Below are positions 59,601 through 64,000 of a DNA stretch of 64,000 bases, piece after piece; within the stretch, counting starts at the first letter, position 1, and every line of letters begins with the position of its first letter. This DNA comes from a virus: the IMG/VR virus record IMGVR_UViG_3300045988_066710; one strand, given 5' to 3'. The position numbers and the translations under genes were made by a program. The notes below the pieces were generated by a model, which searched no databases, was not told the origin of the DNA, and worked only from the letters and a program-made list of their open reading frames with translations.

Positions 59601-62009
59601 ATTAACTATTAAAAGTCTAGCTTTAACCCATATATTAGTATCAATAATTTCTACTAATTTTGCTATATCAATATCTAAATTTAATTCTCCTCTATTTACG
59701 CCAATTATTTCTGAAAAATTATAATCTATTATACTAGGAGGAAAATAATTTCTTGTAGAGCCTAAATATATAGGAGAACTAAATCTTCCATTTCTATTCT
59801 GAAACTGAATAGCTACACCATACCATTCCATATATTTAAATCCTGCTACATCACTTTTACTTAATTGTCCTTCATAATTATAATAATCATTTTTTCCTTT
59901 ATAAGATATACTAGTAGCTTTATATTTAAATTTTAAATTACTACCTAAAAGATTTCTTATATTAATAGCAGTTTCTTTAGATATATCATTGTTATTAATT
60001 GTGTAATTACCCATAAATAAAGTACCATCTTTTTGTTCAAAAGTATTAGGACATATAGTATTACCTCCTAAATATAATAATTCTGTAGGGTCTATAATAT
60101 CTCCTATAGAACCATTATCTATAAATGATATGTCTGCTTCCCCTTCTGGGATAGAAGGTTCAGAAGGTGGTACAGTTATATCTCCTCCACCCTTAAATGA
60201 TATATTCCATAAGGTATAATATCTCCAATTATAAACAGTTGCTGATAAATACAGATTATCCTTATAGATATAAGGACTTTCTAACTCTTCACCTAAACCT
60301 ACTAATTGTGTTTTAGGAAATCGATAACTATGGAATATCTGCTTAGTACTTAGGTCAATGCAATCTAAAAATTCATCATATATATCTTCACGGTCATATC
60401 CAAAACATTGATATAGTTTATTATTTCTGATAACCATACCCTGAGTACCTTTTTTAAAAGGTAAGATAAAAGAATCTAGAACATTATTATAAGAAAAATA
60501 AACTTTCTTTTCAGAAACAGAAGGTAATTCATACTTCTTATAAATAAGTTTATTATTATCATAAGCCCCTACATTATTATTAAAACTTTCCATAGTATAT
60601 CCAGATACCCAAATACAATTATTCTCTGCATCTATACAACCATTCTGATAATAATGTTTAAAAGTTGTTGATGTATCTATACTTCCATTCTGAGAATTTC
60701 CACCATTACATTCTGGTAAATATATTGTCTGTACTAATTCCCCAGTCCATTGATTACTATTTGTATTAGAACTAATTATCTTCATTACTAATATTTGAGG
60801 ATTACTGTTATTTTCACAAGAGTAATACAAGTAAGGAAAGTTACTATCAGGTGCAATATTTTTACCAAAAGATAATACATTACCATGATATGCTTGTGTA
60901 TTAACATCTATATTAATAGTAAGTAAAGCTTGTTTTTGGTTAGTCTCTAAATCAATAATATCAATAAATTTACCACCAATATAAGCCTGAAAGAGATATT
61001 TATCATAGCAAGCAGCTCCTTGAACATAAAGACCATTATTATAATTATCAATCTGCTCAAACTTTGCAATATTACTGATTTTCATAGTTTTACCAAAATC
61101 ATCTAAATTACTATATGTATTAAGAGTACTAACTTTAGCTAAACTAGTTTCATTTTTATTAATATTTGAAATAGGTAAATCTATTACTCTCTTTATAATA
61201 GGAGTAGTATCTTGAGAAGTTCTTATAATAGAATATACTCTAATATAGTCAAATTGTTTATCTACATTATAGATGCTAATATTAAAACTACAATTAACTT
61301 TTTCTTCAGGACTAACTCCTTTATCATAAGCTAAGTATTGTAAATCAGATTGTGCAAATAAGTTAGATTGCCTACCATGCTTATCATAATATGAAAATAC
61401 ATATTGTATAGTACCTTGTGGAAATTCTCCAGTACCTATAATTTTATGTATGTATACCTCTTCATTAAGTTGTAATTCGGCAATAAAATCAAATGCTGTT
61501 TTTTTATATTCAGATAAAGTATCTTGATATTTAAGATTATAATCTTCTAATATATTTATCACTCTAGCTTGATTTTTACCATCTATAAAATACACTTTTT
61601 GTATATTTTCATTTTCATATACACCTAATGTTTCTAATGGATACTCTGTATCAAAATTAAGATTTCCTGTAAATATTTCTACTATATTTAAATCTTCATT
61701 TATTATCTCTAATCTATATATATGGTCAGTTTTAATAATAACAATTTCACCATTAGGTCTTCTATGTGCATTAGTTTCTTGTGTAAATAATACAAGATAT
61801 TTATTTAGTACACAAGTACCTATTACACATCCTTTTATATCTAGATTTAATCGTTTATTTCCTCTTTCAAACTGTAAAGATAATATACCATTATTATCCT
61901 TAGTTATTCTAATATTATTCATGTAAGTAGCATATTCATTAGATTGAAACTTAGGAGACATATTGGTATTCATACCTTTAGGTTGAAAATTAAAATATTT
62001 CTTCTGCAT
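56643..62009 (-). CDS. large (1,788 aa) tail-associated structural protein
   Basis: ATG at 62009. The composition is beta-rich (Y/N/I/T-rich), with no enzymatic motif seen. Its position downstream of an IHF-like gene and upstream of the cargo-like proteins matches the large tail (muzzle/hub-type) protein in crAss-like gene order. The role is inferred from position. Confidence 0.7.
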   Translation of the reverse strand: MQKKYFNFQPKGMNTNMSPKFQSNEYATYMNNIRITKDNNGILSLQFERGNKRLNLDIKGCVIGTCVLNKYLVLFTQETNAHRRPNGEIVIIKTDHIYRLEIINEDLNIVEIFTGNLNFDTEYPLETLGVYENENIQKVYFIDGKNQARVINILEDYNLKYQDTLSEYKKTAFDFIAELQLNEEVYIHKIIGTGEFPQGTIQYVFSYYDKHGRQSNLFAQSDLQYLAYDKGVSPEEKVNCSFNISIYNVDKQFDYIRVYSIIRTSQDTTPIIKRVIDLPISNINKNETSLAKVSTLNTYSNLDDFGKTMKISNIAKFEQIDNYNNGLYVQGAACYDKYLFQAYIGGKFIDIIDLETNQKQALLTINIDVNTQAYHGNVLSFGKNIAPDSNFPYLYYSCENNSNPQILVMKIISSNTNSNQWTGELVQTIYLPECNGGNSQNGSIDTSTTFKHYYQNGCIDAENNCIWVSGYTMESFNNNVGAYDNNKLIYKKYELPSVSEKKVYFSYNNVLDSFILPFKKGTQGMVIRNNKLYQCFGYDREDIYDEFLDCIDLSTKQIFHSYRFPKTQLVGLGEELESPYIYKDNLYLSATVYNWRYYTLWNISFKGGGDITVPPSEPSIPEGEADISFIDNGSIGDIIDPTELLYLGGNTICPNTFEQKDGTLFMGNYTINNNDISKETAINIRNLLGSNLKFKYKATSISYKGKNDYYNYEGQLSKSDVAGFKYMEWYGVAIQFQNRNGRFSSPIYLGSTRNYFPPSIIDYNFSEIIGVNRGELNLDIDIAKLVEIIDTNIWVKARLLIVNPTNNLKTVLCQGIISSTVFNYRDRYNNTPFTMSSWRMTSLGKHLKALYGNSISWGEIQNIEFSKSPIIGGSTHTQIYIKCTIQLGHYRTIVVSENNIVLYDRSTSTIIKAKENLKNWNSSININEIPDDSWKNSATIHQEIEINGVDTIVNDFGECFAYDESLVTFNSPDIENQYNNINKNTKLRIIGILKSKPLFSNYLIQGNDLNDPSKGNVPTKNIKDFTSDLLWRDMDSSWDNLGNYDANKDWLFATYLWHRETSYSDNGIEKKNSNGNSRKVWSKPVKKIISNTRECATSYLRDSLSYIDNIEEINKFNYYELPIDDIKVITTNSDDIYKLNSNMGDSYIETLSYTSDVNKLFPSNNEYPIYGRQYYAYNEDFISDYITYDTIIVDDKAVTSKDPIRIKYKETPHAIISFGSKNNSTIKLPRMSIKHKSEIDRVGEDAVTRKLFWNTENNSYTKDFIWTKYINEYANYMNPTNIETNYFFYNANPSINDYYYLADLCVQDPDTSPYELSNGNESIISQYSFIPAGEAIKLTGETVSLRGNHGDTYYQRWDCLKTFPYSTDDKNQYIDITSFFVESRINLDGRYDKQRGLKYNLGVLNTNFNLINKSYTQRNNFFNYRQIEDEGVINFPNQITISKTKVLGEDVDSWTNVTLASVFDLDGDKGKLNAIRKINNDLYCFQDNGISRLLYNSRVQINTSDGVPIEIANSAKLQDKQYLSDSIGCQNKWAIKSTSQGIYFIDTYNSELYKINDKGITPISQNKFKNYFTQLSSNIWSPSLWNYENSSNFIDSIKLEYDSTTYDLYIVSRDTALAYNELLGEFTSFYDYGSTLYWVNLNDKSLQINKDGIYEAYKGNYGIIYNKYSFADIEFIVNSEFDLDKIFETVELTTSDIAKINNWKSDYYPFDTLEVSNEYQRGKNEASSINVKKKFRTWRWQIPRNSKKNEDGIITNRDRIRNMWAKIKLSKKYNSPLSIYDINVAYYS

Positions 62010-62011
62010 AA

Positions 62012-62695
62012 TTAAACTATTTTATTATGATTAGAATTTCCATATTTAAAATCTCTTACAAAATGATTATTATATTGTAATAATGAAGTCCACATATTTT
62101 TAATAGATTCCATTTCCTGAACACTAGGAATATTAAATTCACTTTGTAATTGCCCTACATTCCAAGCATATTGTTGTTCAATATGAGTAAGTACATTTTG
62201 ATTTAATTTACCTTGTGCAAATAAATCTCCATATACTTCTTTCTTAATATATAACTCTAAAGTTTTAAGATAAAGAGGATTATCTATAAGTAATGGAAAT
62301 CCATCATCATCTACAGGTATAGCTTTATAAGCTAATCTAACTTCACATTCTTTAATAGAAGTATATAATACTCTGCCTTGTGTTTTAAAAGTTAATTCAT
62401 AATCTCTATCATTATCTGTTGGAATATAACTTGAAGTCATTTGTCTAAAGCATAAACCACTTTTACAGTCTTTTAACTGCATTATTCTAATTAAATCACA
62501 AGGAAGTAAAGCTCTGTACTCCTGTACAGTAAGAATAGTCTCTTTATCTTTATATATATTATTAACTCCAAATTTAGCCATAAAATCTAATACATGCCTG
62601 ATAATCTGTTCAATATTAACATCACTAAGTAAAGTGTTGTCTAATACTCTTGAAGCTAATTCATTTATGCTTATATAATTTATTTCATTTACCAT
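62012..62695 (-). CDS. hypothetical structural-module protein
   Basis: ATG at 62695, 227 aa. It is separated by 1-2 nt from both neighbours. Confidence 0.6.
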   Translation of the reverse strand: MVNEINYISINELASRVLDNTLLSDVNIEQIIRHVLDFMAKFGVNNIYKDKETILTVQEYRALLPCDLIRIMQLKDCKSGLCFRQMTSSYIPTDNDRDYELTFKTQGRVLYTSIKECEVRLAYKAIPVDDDGFPLLIDNPLYLKTLELYIKKEVYGDLFAQGKLNQNVLTHIEQQYAWNVGQLQSEFNIPSVQEMESIKNMWTSLLQYNNHFVRDFKYGNSNHNKIV

Positions 62696-62696
62696 A

Positions 62697-63230
62697 TTAC
62701 TTATATTTTAATATTGCATCAATATTACCTTTTTGTATTTCTTTTGATATACCTTGTTTAATATCTCTTATAAACTTAAACTGAAATATAGTCTTATTAT
62801 TAAATTTAGCTTTATAAGGATTATACTTTAATTTATAGATATAATCTAACTCATATCTTAACACAGTTTTATCTCTAAAAGCTTCTTTATCATTCTCCCA
62901 TAATTCTAAGGTTCTATTCCAATCTATAGGTAAATTAGTTTTTAGTTTACCATTCTCAAATTTAATACTAGACTTATATTTAATAGTCTCAAAAGTACCC
63001 ATAAAACTAGGCAGTTCTATAGTATTACCTTTCTTAATATTATCTGCAATGCTATTATTAACTTGTCTTATAATAGTATAGAATTCATGCTCAGTTAAAG
63101 GTCTTCCTATGTTTAACCATTTATTCTTCCTAAGTATTTTGTATATGTCATATATACCTATACTATTTCTTATTTTATGTAGATGTCCTCCATCATCTAC
63201 CTTCAATATTTTTCTTCTAAAATTATCCAT
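62697..63230 (-). CDS. IHF/HU-like DNA-binding protein
   Basis: LTEHEFYTIIRQVNNSIADNIKKGNTIELPSFMGTFETIKYK matches the HU/IHF pattern (helix, then l..G..v.l.gfG.F.....). crAss-like phages are known to carry IHF-like genes in the tail module. Confidence 0.55.
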   Translation of the reverse strand: MDNFRRKILKVDDGGHLHKIRNSIGIYDIYKILRKNKWLNIGRPLTEHEFYTIIRQVNNSIADNIKKGNTIELPSFMGTFETIKYKSSIKFENGKLKTNLPIDWNRTLELWENDKEAFRDKTVLRYELDYIYKLKYNPYKAKFNNKTIFQFKFIRDIKQGISKEIQKGNIDAILKYK

Positions 63231-63930
63231 CTATCTGTTTTTGAAAGTCTGATTTCATATTATTTCTAAGATAATTAGCTAAATTAGCTAATGTATCATT
63301 AGCATCATTACTATCATCTTTAGGTTTGTAAACACTATTAGTCAATACATTATAAATACTATCACACATCTGAGGTACTAAACTATCTTCAAATGGAAAC
63401 TCTGCATCTAATATATCACATTGTTTATTACTATCACAAGATAATTCAAATGCTTTTTCAAAGTCTTCAAATACTCCTTCTAACTTAATACTCTTTAAAT
63501 GAAGGTATTGAGGATTATTTGACTTCATTAATAGCTTATTATTTTCTCCTATACAGGAGTAGAGAATATTTCTCAGGAACTTATTACTGCCAACAAATCT
63601 AAATCTGTCTCTATTAGTAAAGACAATTTTAGTATTCTCATATTCTGTATGTAAGATGGGTTTACTAATATTAATAATGTTAGGTATTTCTTGTTTACTT
63701 CTAAGAATAATACCTTGACATAAACCTTTATTCTCTGTTTCTAAGTCTAAACATATAGTCTGATAATTACTATATGGAATTTCTTTCTTTACATCTTTAT
63801 ATGTCTGTTTCAACATATAACTTCTGTATTTATTAATTAAGAATAATATATGTTCCTCAGTATAACTGAAATCATCTGAAGTACCTTTTATTCTATCTAA
63901 TATAATGTATATAATTTCTTTAACTTTCAT
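63223..63930 (-). CDS. hypothetical structural-module protein
   Basis: The track ORF begins at TTG 63987, which lies inside the predicted promoter. The first ATG is at 63930 (MKVKEIIYIILDR...), giving 235 aa. Confidence 0.6.
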   Translation of the reverse strand: MKVKEIIYIILDRIKGTSDDFSYTEEHILFLINKYRSYMLKQTYKDVKKEIPYSNYQTICLDLETENKGLCQGIILRSKQEIPNIINISKPILHTEYENTKIVFTNRDRFRFVGSNKFLRNILYSCIGENNKLLMKSNNPQYLHLKSIKLEGVFEDFEKAFELSCDSNKQCDILDAEFPFEDSLVPQMCDSIYNVLTNSVYKPKDDSNDANDTLANLANYLRNNMKSDFQKQIDG

Positions 63931-63956
63931 AATATTATAAAATAAAAATCTTGATG

Positions 63957-63987
63957 CAAAGATACAAAATAATATCTTATACACCAA
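63957..63987 (-). promoter_or_regulatory. Bacteroidota-type sigma-A promoter (-7 TATCTTTG, imperfect -33)
   Basis: The - strand carries TATCTTTG at 63964-63957 within the 12-mer TGTATCTTTGCA. The -33 position at a 19-nt spacing reads TTGG, which is 3 of 4 matches. It lies 27 nt upstream of the ATG at 63930. Confidence 0.55.
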
Positions 63988-64000
63988 GATTTTAATTAAT

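Noticed and set aside
1-64000. Prophage, lysogeny or mobile-element signatures (integrase, transposase, att-like repeats, CRISPR array)
   Set aside because: No ORF shows tyrosine/serine recombinase or DDE motifs that I could recognise. No long direct or inverted terminal repeats and no regularly spaced repeats were seen. The window looks like an internal part of a virulent crAss-like genome.

Overview
This window is AT-rich and densely coding. I found no rRNA, tRNA, CRISPR array, integrase or transposase by eye. Gene content and order fit a segment of a crAss-like (Crassvirales) phage of Bacteroidota, read with the standard genetic code.

Layout:
(1) 1-7.3 kb, + strand: a run of small (about 50-140 aa) orphan genes. 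Several encode tiny membrane proteins. The block also holds a GNAT-like acetyltransferase and a duplicated gene pair.
(2) 7.3-32.3 kb, + strand: a replication and nucleotide-metabolism module.
- Replication: SF2 DEAH helicase, DnaB-like helicase, P-loop ATPase, DnaG/Toprim primase and family B DNA polymerase.
- DNA repair and nucleases: uracil-DNA glycosylase, a T7 endonuclease I-like resolvase and a RecB-like PD-(D/E)XK nuclease.
- Nucleotide metabolism: class III ribonucleotide reductase NrdD, NrdG plus a second NrdG-like radical-SAM protein, dUTPase, a P-loop kinase and ThyX.
- Also present: a 3D-domain protein and a DUF3310-like protein.
(3) 32.4-45.4 kb, + strand: a giant gene of about 2,900 aa carrying a DxDxD motif, read as the crAss-type virion RNA polymerase. 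It is split by a 248-nt ORF-less group I intron. A 1,311-aa protein follows it.
(4) 45.4-64.0 kb, - strand: a convergent virion block of 2,240, 599, 870, 1,788, 227, 177 (IHF/HU-like) and 235 aa proteins.

Most notable observations:
(a) A tightly coupled JAB/MPN peptidase plus ThiF/E1-like adenylyltransferase cassette sits inside the replication module. It is flanked by a possible E2-like protein and a possible beta-grasp (Ubl-like) protein, so it is a candidate phage-encoded ubiquitin-like conjugation system.
(b) The group I intron lies about 40 codons upstream of the RNAP catalytic DxDxD.
(c) A RecB-type nuclease domain is embedded in the 2,240-aa virion protein.
(d) Canonical Bacteroidota TTTG-N19/20-TAnnTTTG promoters, sharing an identical 12-mer, precede the virion and RNAP operons.

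All functional calls rest on motifs I could read in the supplied translations. No database search was run.
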